Under the pieces are notes generated by a model that was not told where the DNA came from, ran no database searches, and saw nothing but the letters and a program-made list of their open reading frames with translations. A stretch of DNA of 64,000 bases. Origin: Patescibacteria group bacterium (GTDB lineage: Bacteria > Patescibacteriota > Microgenomatia > Levybacterales > UBA12049). The stretch lies in assembly GCA_038063415.1 (NCBI GenBank), contig JBBTVD010000002.1:792-64791 (forward strand), written 5' to 3'. This document shows positions 36,647 to 47,411 of the stretch, piece by piece (positions within the stretch are counted from its first letter, which is position 1; each line of letters opens with the position of its first letter). The position numbers and the translations under genes were made by a program.

Positions 36647-37412
36647 AATGGGACAAAAACTAAAACTAGTATCATTGATAATTCCTGCATATAAGCAGGA
36701 AAGAACAATAGAAAGGGACTTGAAACGTATCGTTAAGGTGATGGATCAGATTCGTTATAATTACGAGATTATTGTCGTTGTTGATGGCGAATTAGATAAT
36801 ACGACTAACATTATTAAAAAAATCAAATTACCTAGAGTAATTGTGACAGGATATGGAGAAAATCATGGAAAAGGGTATGCTATCCGTTATGGTATGCAAA
36901 AGGCTTCGGGTGATATTATTGCCTTTATCGATTCCGGTATGGATATTAACCCAAACGGTTTATCTATGCTGTTAGAGCATTTTGAATGGTACCATGCAGA
37001 TATTATTGTTGGATCAAAATTACATCCAGTATCCAAGATCCATTATCCAATGCAAAGAAGAGTTCTTTCTTGGGGATATCGACTACTCGTAAAAATACTC
37101 TTCGGTTTAAAGATACGAGATACACAAGCCGGCTTAAAGTTCTATAAGCGAGAAGTCCTTGAAGACGTTCTTCCGCGACTTGTTGTCGAGAAGTATGCCT
37201 TTGATATTGAACTGCTTGCTGTTGCTTATAGTTTGGGTTATAAACGGATTTATGAAGCACCTATTGAGTTAGATTTTACGGGCTACTCTTCAATTACTTC
37301 AAAAAACTTTTGGCATACTGTAACAAATATGGTGATTGATACCTTTATCGTTTTCTATAGACTTAAGATTAGAAAATGTTATAATAGAAGGAAGAATGCT
37401 GCATATGCTTGA
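36639..37412 (+). CDS. GT2 glycosyltransferase
   Basis: [22 protein letters not shown]...VVDGELDNT...FIDSGMD. Confidence 0.75.
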   Translation: MNKMGQKLKLVSLIIPAYKQERTIERDLKRIVKVMDQIRYNYEIIVVVDGELDNTTNIIKKIKLPRVIVTGYGENHGKGYAIRYGMQKASGDIIAFIDSGMDINPNGLSMLLEHFEWYHADIIVGSKLHPVSKIHYPMQRRVLSWGYRLLVKILFGLKIRDTQAGLKFYKREVLEDVLPRLVVEKYAFDIELLAVAYSLGYKRIYEAPIELDFTGYSSITSKNFWHTVTNMVIDTFIVFYRLKIRKCYNRRKNAAYA

Positions 37413-38343
37413 TCTTTCAAAAAATACTATACTTGTAACCGGGGGAGATGGTTTCCTTGGCAAACAAGTAGTCAAAAAACTTATCCTGCATGGAGCAAAA
37501 AAGGAGAACATACGAATTCCGAAATCAAAAGAGTATGATTTGAGAGAAAAAGAAAATTGTGAGAAAGTTATAAAAGACATAGATATCGTTATCCATCTTG
37601 CGGCAAATGTCGGTGGGATTGGTTACAATCAGGAAAAACCTGGTGATTTGTTTTATGACAATGTCCTGATGGGCGCTTTTTTACTTGAAGCCTCGCGAAA
37701 AGTCCCAGTAAAAAAATTTGTCGGCATTGGTACCGTTTGTGCGTATCCCAAATACACACCAGTTCCTTTCAAAGAAGAAGATTTATGGAATGGCTATCCG
37801 GAGGAGACAAATGCTCCATATGGCCTAGCCAAAAAAATGCTTCTCGTTCAAGGACAAGCATATAGACAACAATATGGCCTCAATGCGATTTATCTTTTGC
37901 CTGTTAACTTATATGGTCCACATGACAACTTTGATCCCAAATCCTCTCATGTTATACCTGCGCTAATTAGAAAGTTTATTGAGGCAAAAAATAATAATGT
38001 CCCTGAAGTTATTGTCTGGGGAACAGGAAAAGCAACACGAGAATTTTTGTTTGTCGAAGATGCGGCAGAGGCAATTGTTCTCGCGACAGAAAAATACGAT
38101 AAAGAAGAACCAGTAAATATAGGATCATCATTTGAGATAACAATCAAAGATTTGGTTACGTTAATTAAAAAGATTGTTGGGTATAAGGGAAAAGTAGTTT
38201 GGGATGCTTCAAAGCCTGATGGTCAACCACGAAGAAAGCTAGACACAAGTAAGGCGGAAAAAGAATTTGGTTTTCGATCAAAGACCAAATTTGAAGAAGG
38301 GTTGAAAATGACGATTGATTGGTATCGTGAGAAAACAAAATGA
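37396..38343 (+). CDS. fcl: GDP-L-fucose synthase (GDP-4-keto-6-deoxymannose 3,5-epimerase/4-reductase)
   Basis: [60 protein letters not shown] and [11 protein letters not shown] all match Fcl closely. ATG at 37396 preferred. Confidence 0.85.
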   Translation: MLHMLDLSKNTILVTGGDGFLGKQVVKKLILHGAKKENIRIPKSKEYDLREKENCEKVIKDIDIVIHLAANVGGIGYNQEKPGDLFYDNVLMGAFLLEASRKVPVKKFVGIGTVCAYPKYTPVPFKEEDLWNGYPEETNAPYGLAKKMLLVQGQAYRQQYGLNAIYLLPVNLYGPHDNFDPKSSHVIPALIRKFIEAKNNNVPEVIVWGTGKATREFLFVEDAAEAIVLATEKYDKEEPVNIGSSFEITIKDLVTLIKKIVGYKGKVVWDASKPDGQPRRKLDTSKAEKEFGFRSKTKFEEGLKMTIDWYREKTK

Positions 38344-39143
38344 AAAAAGTAATAGTGATTTCCGGATGCTCCTCCGGTTTAGGGAAATATATCGCAGAGA
38401 AACTGGAGAGTAAAGGCAACAAGATATTCGCTGGAATTCGAGACGAAGAAGCAATAAAAGAACTCTCCAAAATATGGAAAAAAGAAGGAAAAGATATTAC
38501 TCCTATAAAGCTTGACGTTACCAATGATGAGGTCTGTCAAAAAGCTGTCAAAAAGATTCTCCAACATGGAAAGCGGATTGATGTTGTGATTAACAATGCG
38601 GCCTCTGTCTTGGTTGGTCCCGCGAGTGAACAGACAAGTCAAAACTTTTTAGATATTTTAAATACCAATACTGTTGGTGCATTTCGTCTGACCAAATATG
38701 TTTTACCCTCTATGAAAGAACAGAAAGGAGGCAAAATAATCAATATTACTTCGCTGAATGGAATCCTTGCATTACCAAATTTTGCCATGTATTGCTCCTC
38801 AAAATTTGCGCTAGAAGCTCTCGGTCTTGCGTGGCGATATGAAGTCGCTAGGGATAATATTTGGATTACTAGTCTTGCTCCAGGAGCAATTATGAATCCT
38901 GATGAACATAAAAAAAAGAAAATGCCACATAAACCAGCTCGTGAAAAATTTTTCATTCTCAAATTACTTATGCCATTTTTGACCTACGAGAAGATTACAA
39001 ATAAAATCGAATCAATCATTAATCAATCGAATCCTCCTGCGGAAGTTATCATGGGAGCAGATGCATTTATCACATCGAACTTACAAAGATTTTTGCCTAG
39101 AAATATTTGGGATAGATTGGTATTATACGTTTGGAATAAATGA
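38340..39143 (+). CDS. Short-chain dehydrogenase/reductase (SDR)
   Basis: [19 protein letters not shown] glycine-rich motif, NNAA, YCSSK (YxxxK). Confidence 0.7.
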   Translation: MKKVIVISGCSSGLGKYIAEKLESKGNKIFAGIRDEEAIKELSKIWKKEGKDITPIKLDVTNDEVCQKAVKKILQHGKRIDVVINNAASVLVGPASEQTSQNFLDILNTNTVGAFRLTKYVLPSMKEQKGGKIINITSLNGILALPNFAMYCSSKFALEALGLAWRYEVARDNIWITSLAPGAIMNPDEHKKKKMPHKPAREKFFILKLLMPFLTYEKITNKIESIINQSNPPAEVIMGADAFITSNLQRFLPRNIWDRLVLYVWNK

Positions 39144-39973
39144 AAAGAGTAACAAAACCGTTAGTAACCGTTTTAATGGCCGCATATAATTCTGAGAAAT
39201 ATATTGCTCAAGCTATCGAGAGTATTTTGCACCAATCGTTGAAAGATTTTGAATTAGTGATCATTGATGATTGCTCTCGAGATGCTACGTGGGAAGTAAT
39301 CCAAAAATATGCAAAAAAAGATGCCAGAATTACCTCCTACCGTAATAAAACAAATCTCAAAAGCTGTCAGACGTTGATTAATGGGATGAAATTGGCAAAA
39401 GGAAGATATATAGCTATAATGGATCACGACGATTGGTCATACCCAGATAGGCTTGAGAAACAATATGCCTTTCTTGAGAGGCATCCTCGTGTGGGAATTG
39501 TCGGAGGAACATTGGAAATCACTGACGAAAAAGGGGAAATAACCTCAGAAAGGAGATATAATCTTACGGACAGGCCTATAAGAGAAAAGATTTTTAGATA
39601 TAGCCCTTATGCTCATCCGCTCATTATGATACGAAGATCAGTCTTACAAAAAATTGGGTATTATAATCCAAGTTTTGCTCCAGCTGACGATTATGAGCTT
39701 TATTTTCGGATTGGAGAGATTGCAGAATTTGCTAACCTTCCGGATAAATTGGTGAAATATAGAGTGCTGTTAAATTCGATAACCAATAAATCGACAAAAA
39801 AGATGGAGCTTAAAACTATACAGGTAAGAAATACGTATAAAAATACCCGTTCCTATACCATGAGTAAAAGTGATAAAATATATAACATGCTTCATTATTT
39901 TTCTCTATTTATCATTCCAGAGAAACTTAAGTTGCGTCTTTTCAATATATTAAGAAATAGTAGAGTAAACTAA
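39140..39973 (+). CDS. GT2 glycosyltransferase
   Basis: VTVLMAAYNSEKYIAQAIESIL...VIIDDCSRDAT...MDHDD. Confidence 0.75.
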   Translation: MKRVTKPLVTVLMAAYNSEKYIAQAIESILHQSLKDFELVIIDDCSRDATWEVIQKYAKKDARITSYRNKTNLKSCQTLINGMKLAKGRYIAIMDHDDWSYPDRLEKQYAFLERHPRVGIVGGTLEITDEKGEITSERRYNLTDRPIREKIFRYSPYAHPLIMIRRSVLQKIGYYNPSFAPADDYELYFRIGEIAEFANLPDKLVKYRVLLNSITNKSTKKMELKTIQVRNTYKNTRSYTMSKSDKIYNMLHYFSLFIIPEKLKLRLFNILRNSRVN

Positions 39974-41125
39974 ATGACACAAAAAGAACAACATACCATA
40001 GTCATCGTAGCTCACAAGCTAACCACGCAGCCGGATGACGATCTGGTTATTTACCTCAACAAGAAAAGGTATCCAGATGTGCTCCATATTTGTCATAGTT
40101 TTTCTGATGCACCAGATCGACGAAGTTGGTTTACCTGGTATAAAAACGGAAAAGTTTTTAAAGAACAAAAAACAAAAGATTATAAGCACTTGCCAGAACC
40201 CATGATTTATTTGAAGGAATGGTATTTTACGTGGTTATGGGTATTGCAATCACGACAACGATGGGATCGCTATATTGGTATGGATGGGCTGTGTGTCTTT
40301 TTTGGTAATGTATTACGAAAAGTTGGTCTTGTTAGAAAGACCATTTATTGGGCAATTGATTTTGTTCCAAATAACCGCTTTACATCTCAAATTAAAAATA
40401 AGATATATCATTTTATCAACATTCAAGGATACAAAGATTCAGATGAGATGTGGGATCTTTCTCCACGGATGAAAGAGGCGCGAGAAAAGTACTTGGGAAT
40501 TAAACAAACTATCTATCGTTCACACAAAGTGGTTCCTTATGGAACCTGGATTGACCGAATAAAGAAATATTCTTTTGCTCAGTGCGACAAAAATACGGTT
40601 GTTTTTATGGGACATTTGATTGAAAAACAAGGTGCACAATTATTGATTGAAGCTATCCCTGGAATCATCAAAAAAAATCCAAATTTTCGATTCAAAATAA
40701 TCGGTGGAGGACAATACAAAGAACAACTCATTGAGTTAGCAAAGAAGCTTCATGTGTTGAAATACTGTGACTTTAGAGGGAAAATTCCTGACCATAAAGT
40801 CCTTGAAGACGAAATAGCAAAGTCAGCTGTTGCTGTTGCTCCTTACATCAAAAAACTGGACACCTGGACATATTATGCTGATCCTGGAAAGGTAAAAACA
40901 TACCTTGCTTGTGGTGTCCCGGTGTTGTTGACGGATCTTCCGTGGAATGCAAAAGAGATAGAAAAAGATCAATGCGGGGAAATAATTACAGAAAAATTGG
41001 AAGATATTCAGTCGAGTGTTTTAGATCTCATGCGTGGTGAAAAAAATCAAAAGTATCGTGATAATGCAATTGTTTATGCACAAAACTTTAACTACACGAA
41101 CATTTTTGACGGAGTATCATTATGA
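39974..41125 (+). CDS. GT4 glycosyltransferase (group 1)
   Basis: C-terminal Rossmann domain ...VVFMGHLIEKQGAQLLIEA...KIIGGG.... Confidence 0.65.
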   Translation: MTQKEQHTIVIVAHKLTTQPDDDLVIYLNKKRYPDVLHICHSFSDAPDRRSWFTWYKNGKVFKEQKTKDYKHLPEPMIYLKEWYFTWLWVLQSRQRWDRYIGMDGLCVFFGNVLRKVGLVRKTIYWAIDFVPNNRFTSQIKNKIYHFINIQGYKDSDEMWDLSPRMKEAREKYLGIKQTIYRSHKVVPYGTWIDRIKKYSFAQCDKNTVVFMGHLIEKQGAQLLIEAIPGIIKKNPNFRFKIIGGGQYKEQLIELAKKLHVLKYCDFRGKIPDHKVLEDEIAKSAVAVAPYIKKLDTWTYYADPGKVKTYLACGVPVLLTDLPWNAKEIEKDQCGEIITEKLEDIQSSVLDLMRGEKNQKYRDNAIVYAQNFNYTNIFDGVSL

Positions 41126-41979
41126 TAAAAAATATTATCAACGCAAAGGAAGCAAAATTGGATAAGAACGGCATTTATGTCGTTAATTTAACATTATCAG
41201 AAGAAGAAAAAGGAAATCAACATGCATGGGAAAGAATTTATAACTTCAAAAGTGCATCGATGAAAAAAGATCGAGAGGATTTTTTTGTCAATAAACTACA
41301 AGATCATATAGCGTACATTGAAAAAGCCTACACGTTCTCCAATAAAAAGGTTTATCTTGAGATTGGTTGTGGCCCAGGGTATATTGGAGAGTATCTTATG
41401 AAAAAGTATCACTGTTCGTTTGTTGGTGTAGATTTTAACTATCCAATGCTGGTAAATCTAAAAAAGTATCTGACAGAAAAGGGATATACAGACTTCATTC
41501 TCGTCTATGCTGATGTGAAGAAGATGCCAATACAGGCTAATACTATCGATTTTATTTATGGTGGAGGAGTGATAGAGCACTTTAAAGACACACAAAACTT
41601 ATTACAACAACTGTATCGAATTCTACGAAAAGACGGGGTTGCGTTCAATACCGTTCCAGCGTTTAATCTTTTTTGGTTGGCAAGAAGTTGGAACAGTATC
41701 CCTGCGGCGACATTTCTGCGAAAGCCTTTTGAGTTGCTCCATCTACGTATCTTAAAAAGTTGGTTGCTCTCAAAGTATCATGGATATGAATTAAGTTTTA
41801 CTTTAGGAAAGTTGTATGACCTTCATAAAAAAGTTGGTTTTAAATCTATTTCTGGGGGAGCTTTTGCTTTTCATCCATCCTCGAGCAAAATGAAAAGCAA
41901 AGTGACTCGAGATATGTATTACTTCTTAAGTAAACAAAAACTCTTTTCCCCGATGTATTACATTGTTGGCAAGAAATAA
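41122..41979 (+). CDS. Class I SAM-dependent methyltransferase
   Basis: VYLEIGCGPGYIGEYL motif I; GVDF motif II. Confidence 0.7.
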   Translation: MIKNIINAKEAKLDKNGIYVVNLTLSEEEKGNQHAWERIYNFKSASMKKDREDFFVNKLQDHIAYIEKAYTFSNKKVYLEIGCGPGYIGEYLMKKYHCSFVGVDFNYPMLVNLKKYLTEKGYTDFILVYADVKKMPIQANTIDFIYGGGVIEHFKDTQNLLQQLYRILRKDGVAFNTVPAFNLFWLARSWNSIPAATFLRKPFELLHLRILKSWLLSKYHGYELSFTLGKLYDLHKKVGFKSISGGAFAFHPSSSKMKSKVTRDMYYFLSKQKLFSPMYYIVGKK

Positions 41980-41980
41980 T

Positions 41981-43033
41981 ATGAAGATTCTTTACCACAT
42001 GCCTTCACTTTCCACGATTTACGCCGGAAGAACTATTTATTATGGATATAAACACGCATTTGAAGATCTTGGGCATACCTTTTATACGCTAACTTCAGAT
42101 GATAACCAGGAAGAATTGTTTGAAAAGGTAAATCCTGACATTTTTATTTCTTCTTTATCAGATTACAACCTGAAATTTTTAGATTTAAAAATCTTAAATA
42201 ACGCAAGAAAAAAAGGAACAAAAGCATTTATGAGTACTCATGCTTGGAAATCTCCTATGTCCAAGATAAGAATAAATGAGCCATATAGCCTGAGTGGACA
42301 AAAAGCGAAAGTATCAAAGATCAAAAACCATCAACTTGGTGACGTCTTCTTTAATCCTATGGAGCAGGGAGATGAACGTATGGAAGGATTCCAAAAGGAA
42401 ACTGGCTATCCTCACACGACGATACTCTTGGCGGCGGATAAAACCATTCTTTATCCGGAACCACAGCAAAAATATCGAGCCGACATTTCTTTTATTGGGA
42501 CTTATTTACCAGAAAAAAGAAAGTTTATCGAAGAGTACGTTTTTCCTTTGCGAAAGCACTATAATCTAAGATTATATGGACAGGATTGGACTTCTCTTGA
42601 GAGATTAAAAGGTTTCGCTCAGAAAATTGGTCAATATTTTAATATTCCCTATCTGAAATCTTTTCAAAAGGCGCAGCTTGCACTTAAAGAAGAGCGGCAA
42701 GTGTATAGTTCTTCAACTATTTGTATTAACATTCACGAAGAGTATCAGCGAAGAATTGGAGGAGATTGTAATGAAAGGACATTCAAAATACCGCTCTGTG
42801 ACGGATTTGAAATTACCGATGATGTTGCGTGTATTCACAAGTACTTTAAAGAGGGAAAGGAGATAATTATTGCAAAAGACGCAACAGACTGGTTTGAAAA
42901 AATTGCATATTTTTTCAAAAATCCTGAAAAGCGTCTTCCGATTATTCGCGCTGGGAAAAAGCGTGTATTACAAGATCATACGTACCATAATCGTATAGAA
43001 CAAATGATTGCTATTTATAACAAAATTGCATAA
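41981..43033 (+). CDS. CgeB-like / DUF3880-type glycosyltransferase-fold protein
   Basis: C-terminal ...TICINIHEEYQ...RTFKIPLCDGFEITDD...DHTYHNRIEQ pattern is reminiscent of CgeB-family proteins. Low certainty. ATG at 41981 preferred. Confidence 0.4.
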   Translation: MKILYHMPSLSTIYAGRTIYYGYKHAFEDLGHTFYTLTSDDNQEELFEKVNPDIFISSLSDYNLKFLDLKILNNARKKGTKAFMSTHAWKSPMSKIRINEPYSLSGQKAKVSKIKNHQLGDVFFNPMEQGDERMEGFQKETGYPHTTILLAADKTILYPEPQQKYRADISFIGTYLPEKRKFIEEYVFPLRKHYNLRLYGQDWTSLERLKGFAQKIGQYFNIPYLKSFQKAQLALKEERQVYSSSTICINIHEEYQRRIGGDCNERTFKIPLCDGFEITDDVACIHKYFKEGKEIIIAKDATDWFEKIAYFFKNPEKRLPIIRAGKKRVLQDHTYHNRIEQMIAIYNKIA

Positions 43034-43036
43034 ACT

Positions 43037-43633
43037 ATGAAGAAGTTGAAAAAAGTAATTGTCAATTTAGGTTGTGGAAAGGTCAAAATTCCTGGAGCTA
43101 TTGGACTGGATAGAGTAAAGATAGACGGATATGTTGATATTGTTCATGACTTGGACGAAGTTCCTTATCCATTCAAAAAAGATTCTGTTGATGAGATACA
43201 TTTTTATCATGTCTTGGAGCATTTACATGATCCTATCCGTAAACTTGAAGAAATTCATAGGATTTTAAAACCAGGCGGTCTGCTCCATATGCGTGTGCCT
43301 CATTTTTCGAGTATGGGTGCGTTTACTGATTTGACGCATATTCGTCCTTTTGGCTATTATAGTTTTGATTGTTTAGAAAGTGATAATTACCAACATTTTT
43401 ATACAACGGTATCATTTAAGATACAAAAAAAAGAAATCAAATATCTCGGTATGTATCCCAATGACGGCATTTATGCCAAATATGTGCATCCAAACCAATG
43501 CCATATTCTTGCTAGACCATTTGTCCGATTATTAAACTATTTGATCAAACTTTCTCCGACTGCTTTTGAAAGAATCTGGTGTTATTGGGTTGGGGGAGCA
43601 ACAGAAGTTGTCGTTACTTTAGAAAAAGTATGA
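43037..43633 (+). CDS. Class I SAM-dependent methyltransferase (Methyltransf_11-like)
   Basis: VNLGCGKVKIPGAIGLDR...LKPGGLLHMRVPHF. Confidence 0.7.
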   Translation: MKKLKKVIVNLGCGKVKIPGAIGLDRVKIDGYVDIVHDLDEVPYPFKKDSVDEIHFYHVLEHLHDPIRKLEEIHRILKPGGLLHMRVPHFSSMGAFTDLTHIRPFGYYSFDCLESDNYQHFYTTVSFKIQKKEIKYLGMYPNDGIYAKYVHPNQCHILARPFVRLLNYLIKLSPTAFERIWCYWVGGATEVVVTLEKV

Positions 43634-44448
43634 GCAAACAAACAAAACATGTGATCAGTGACCAAGAGGCGTTTTTTAACCAAAATGCCGAACATAAAAA
43701 AGATATCAATCTCGACTCTCTTTTTAGTGAATATGCAAATAAAGAGCAATGGGGAGGTTTAGATTGGATTGCTGATAAAAAAAAGATTTTAGAGTACGGT
43801 TGTGGGACAGGCACGTCACTTGATGTGTTTTTTAAAAAAAGAAAAAGAAAAGAGTATCAGATTTATGGGGTTGATATAGCTGGAGTTGCCGTAAAAAAAG
43901 CCAAAGAAAACTATCCCGAATTTACCTTTTATAAAATCTCAAATAATAAAATGCCCCAAATTAAAGATAACAGTCTTGATGCTGCTTTTATGTTCCATGT
44001 GTTACATCATACAGATGAACATCAAGCAATCTTTGATGAAATAGGTAAAAAATTGAAAAAGAATGGCAAATTTCTTATCAATGATTTGTCTTCAAATAAT
44101 CTTATTAATAAAACAGCGCGAAATGCTTTTATCCATATGCCTTCATTTGTGAAAAAGAAATTTGGTGATGATCTTGTGGTGGGTGAGAGTATCCCAGAAA
44201 AATACAAAGTTACTATCGAAGAGGTGGTAAAAAAACTTAAAAAAGCAGGATTTAAAGTAGAAAAGGTCGGACATGGGCATCTTTTCTTTTTTGTTTTTGG
44301 CTGGGTTGATCGCTTTATTCCTCTCTCCAAGTTGTCACTGATACGAGCCTTTTATAAGCGACTTATCAAAGGAGAAGAACGATTACTCCATCAAAAGTTT
44401 TTCCAAAAAAGAACAGAAGTATTTTTTATTCATGCAGTAAAACAATAA
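43630..44448 (+). CDS. Class I SAM-dependent methyltransferase
   Basis: ILEYGCGTGTSLD...YGVDIAGVAV. ATGA overlap with the previous gene, so ATG at 43630 preferred. Confidence 0.65.
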   Translation: MSKQTKHVISDQEAFFNQNAEHKKDINLDSLFSEYANKEQWGGLDWIADKKKILEYGCGTGTSLDVFFKKRKRKEYQIYGVDIAGVAVKKAKENYPEFTFYKISNNKMPQIKDNSLDAAFMFHVLHHTDEHQAIFDEIGKKLKKNGKFLINDLSSNNLINKTARNAFIHMPSFVKKKFGDDLVVGESIPEKYKVTIEEVVKKLKKAGFKVEKVGHGHLFFFVFGWVDRFIPLSKLSLIRAFYKRLIKGEERLLHQKFFQKRTEVFFIHAVKQ

Positions 44449-44458
44449 CTATTCATCA

Positions 44459-45094
44459 ATGAAAAACACACCAAATTCAGGAGATTACAGCCTTTCTTTA
44501 AATTCGTATGTTATCTCGCAAGTGCCGGACAAAAGTGTTTGTTTGGACGTAGGATGTTGGACAGGAAACCTTGGTAAATTTCTCAAAGAAAAAAAAGACT
44601 GTATTGTCGATGGAATTGACGTAGCAGACGAGCCACTCCAGAAAGCAAAAAAAAACGGCTATCGTGAAACATACAAAATAAATCTCAACAACGACCCTTT
44701 GCGTTTGGATCAATTAAAGAAATATGATGTTATCATTTTTGCCGATGTTCTGGAGCATTTGGTTAACCCTCCGGCAATTCTTTCGCAAATGAAGAAGAAA
44801 TTAAAAACAGACGGAACAGTTATTATCTCTTTACCAAATGTCGCCTTTCTACTCAATAGACTTCTGTTACTCTTCGGTAAGTGGGATTATCGTGAATTTG
44901 GTACTTTAGATAAAACACATCTTCGATTTTATACTATTGATTCTGTACAAAAGATGGTTGAGTCAGCTGGTTTTACCGTGACGAAAGTAAAACCCTATAA
45001 CCAATTTGGGTTGCTGCGCTATATTGCGCCCCTGACAGCTTTATTTCCGTCGCTTTTTGCTTATCAGATTCTTCTTGTCGCGAAACCAAAATGA
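44459..45094 (+). CDS. Class I SAM-dependent methyltransferase
   Basis: CLDVGCWTGNLGKFL...DGIDVADE...IIFADVLEHL. Confidence 0.7.
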   Translation: MKNTPNSGDYSLSLNSYVISQVPDKSVCLDVGCWTGNLGKFLKEKKDCIVDGIDVADEPLQKAKKNGYRETYKINLNNDPLRLDQLKKYDVIIFADVLEHLVNPPAILSQMKKKLKTDGTVIISLPNVAFLLNRLLLLFGKWDYREFGTLDKTHLRFYTIDSVQKMVESAGFTVTKVKPYNQFGLLRYIAPLTALFPSLFAYQILLVAKPK

Positions 45095-46146
45095 CCAAAC
45101 ATGTTCCAAAAGACATTGTATTATCAGTTGCGATTCCGACCTATGAACGGCCGGGACCACTGGAGAAAATTCTTGAGCAGCTAATTGCGCAAAAAGAACA
45201 ACGGTTTGCTGTCGTTATTTCAGATGATAGCGCTTCAACTGCGATTGAGGAAGTTGTAAAGAAATATGCCAAAAAACTACCACACTTACTCTATCATAAA
45301 AATAAAAAGAATTTAGGCTTCAGTGGTAATGTGTGCAAGCTTTATGAGCTAGCCCAAACCCGCTATGTGTGGTTTCTTTGTGATGATGACACCGTGTTAC
45401 CAGATGCGATAAAGAATATCCTCAGTGCAATTGAACGTTATAAGCCTGTTGTCGCTGTTTTTAATACTCGTTGGGTAGATTCTTTTGGCAGAGACAGTGT
45501 CGCTGGGGTAAAAAAAGACATTGTTTATACTGATAGACAAAAGTTAACAGATTATCAACCATTAATGCGAACTACCTTTCTTTCAATTGTTGTGGTAGAA
45601 AAGAGACTATCTTTAGATGCGATAAAAGAAAAGGCCTATACAGACAACATTTTTTTTCAAGTAACACTTTCTTTATTATTACTCAGTGACAAGTTTACTT
45701 ACTGTGAAATAGCTTCTCCCATTGTCAGGAGAAATGTCGGTTACAAGTATGGAGAATTTTTCAAATTCTATTTGGTAGATGAACTCAAAGCCGTAACGAT
45801 TGTTGATCATGCATTTGATAATAGAAAGTTTATGCAATGGTCGGTCAAGCATTTGCCTTCTGCCTTTGAACTATATCTATCTCAAAAGATTGGTTTATTT
45901 AAGTACCACGGTAGACCAACGAAGACTACCATAAAATTGCTTCTCCATTTTTATGGAGTATACAGTCTATTGTTTCCATTGTTTGTCTTGGCATACTACC
46001 TCACCCCTTCAGTTCTTATTGCGTTGGTTTACCGAATGGTGTTATGGAGATATCACGGGATAACAACGGGTAACCGTGTGTATAGGGAGAATGTTAATAG
46101 AGCATTTACGGATAACAGAAAGACAGGTTTTACAAGTTATAGATAA
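45091..46146 (+). CDS. GT2 glycosyltransferase
   Basis: LSVAIPTYERPGPLEKILEQL...VVISDDSAS...LCDDD. Confidence 0.7.
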   Translation: MTKHVPKDIVLSVAIPTYERPGPLEKILEQLIAQKEQRFAVVISDDSASTAIEEVVKKYAKKLPHLLYHKNKKNLGFSGNVCKLYELAQTRYVWFLCDDDTVLPDAIKNILSAIERYKPVVAVFNTRWVDSFGRDSVAGVKKDIVYTDRQKLTDYQPLMRTTFLSIVVVEKRLSLDAIKEKAYTDNIFFQVTLSLLLLSDKFTYCEIASPIVRRNVGYKYGEFFKFYLVDELKAVTIVDHAFDNRKFMQWSVKHLPSAFELYLSQKIGLFKYHGRPTKTTIKLLLHFYGVYSLLFPLFVLAYYLTPSVLIALVYRMVLWRYHGITTGNRVYRENVNRAFTDNRKTGFTSYR

Positions 46147-46183
46147 TAGAAAGCTCTCTTTTAATTTAAAAGGGTTAGTTTTC

Positions 46184-46561
46184 TTAAACTAACTCTTCGA
46201 CATGAATAAATCCTTGTGCATCGCTAGCCATATAAAGATTTACATTATTTGAGCCAGTATCTCTTTGCATAGTTAATTTGTACGTATGATTTCCCGCACT
46301 TGGAGTGATAATTGCTTCAACAATAAGCGCTGCCCCTTCAGCTACAACACCATAATAAGCAGTCTGAATAGTTGTTGATCCTTCTTTAATACGAAATGCT
46401 ACTCTATCTCCAGCTGTACCATACATTCTGGGCAAGAAGCCCGTAATCCTTACTTTATATCCACCCGTTGATACTGTAACGTCTACAGAAAGACTCGTAA
46501 TATCAACTTCAGAAGTAATATTACTTTGGGTTGTAGTTGCTTCAGCGTAACCTATTTGCAT
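46184..46561 (-). CDS. Small beta-rich protein, member of a 3-paralog family in this window (function unknown)
   Basis: 125 aa. C-terminal ~90 aa align with 59752..60384 (GTAGDRVAFRIKEGS vs NGDGTAIVRFQIRPESG; LIVEAIITPSAGN vs FTLQSLITLPGGQ; TGSNNVNLY vs TSNNTEFYF). Confidence 0.4.
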   Translation of the reverse strand: MQIGYAEATTTQSNITSEVDITSLSVDVTVSTGGYKVRITGFLPRMYGTAGDRVAFRIKEGSTTIQTAYYGVVAEGAALIVEAIITPSAGNHTYKLTMQRDTGSNNVNLYMASDAQGFIHVEELV

Positions 46562-46631
46562 ATTGAACTAATTAAACATTTTTCTCTAAGTCTTGTCAAG
46601 AGATCTTTGTGTATCAAGAATAAGATTGCCC

Positions 46632-46660
46632 CTTGAAAATCTTGAGAAAACATACTACTA
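46632..46660 (+). promoter_or_regulatory. Candidate sigma70-type promoter for 46678 gene (-35 TTGAAA, 17-bp spacer, -10 TACTAT)
   Basis: Read directly; the -10 lies 18 nt upstream of the ATG. Confidence 0.35.
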
Positions 46661-46677
46661 TCAAATGAACTTAAAAT

Positions 46678-47409
46678 ATGTCTAAACTGATAAGTGCTTA
46701 TGCAAAGCGAATACAATATAAAGCGAAAGTCTATTCTCGTTTCACCTTAGATTCTTTATTTCCCAAACAACAACAAAAGATTATTGATGCCTTTCATAAG
46801 CTTTTTTATGATTCCAATATCATAGGAAAAACATGGAATGATTCTTATTTTTTGGGAACTGGAATCCAGAAATGTCCGCTTGATCTTTTTATCTACCAGG
46901 AGATATTATTTGACGTAAAGCCAGATATCATCATTGAAACTGGAACAAAATTTGGAGGAAGTGCTCATTATCTCGCAGTACTTTGTGATGCTCTTAAAAA
47001 AGGTGAGATCATAACAGTTGATATTACACCAGAAAAGAACATGCCAAAACATAAACGGATTAAATACCTGGTTGGTTCTTCAATAGACAGTGAAATATTA
47101 AAAACAATAAAAGGCAGAATTAAAAAAGGTAATAAGGTTCTTGTTATTCTTGACTCAGATCACTCCAAAGACCATGTTCTTAAAGAGCTTAAAATTTATA
47201 ATAAATTTGTAACAAAGGGAAGCTATATGATTGTAGAAGATTCCAATGTAAATGGTCATCCTGTAAATAAAGAACATGGGCCAGGTCCGATGGAAGCAAT
47301 TGAAGCATTTATGAAAGAAGAAGGAAAGAAACAATTTGTTATCGATAAATCAAGAGAAAAGTTTTATGTAACCTTTAATCCAAATGGGTATCTCAAAAAG
47401 ACTGCTTAG
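46678..47409 (+). CDS. CmcI-family (cephalosporin hydroxylase-like) class I methyltransferase, putative sugar O-methyltransferase
   Basis: ...GIQKCPLDLFIYQEILFDVKPDIIIETGTKFGGSAHYLA...ITVDI... pattern is typical of CmcI/rhamnosyl O-MTase proteins. Confidence 0.55.
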   Translation: MSKLISAYAKRIQYKAKVYSRFTLDSLFPKQQQKIIDAFHKLFYDSNIIGKTWNDSYFLGTGIQKCPLDLFIYQEILFDVKPDIIIETGTKFGGSAHYLAVLCDALKKGEIITVDITPEKNMPKHKRIKYLVGSSIDSEILKTIKGRIKKGNKVLVILDSDHSKDHVLKELKIYNKFVTKGSYMIVEDSNVNGHPVNKEHGPGPMEAIEAFMKEEGKKQFVIDKSREKFYVTFNPNGYLKKTA

Positions 47410-47411
47410 CC

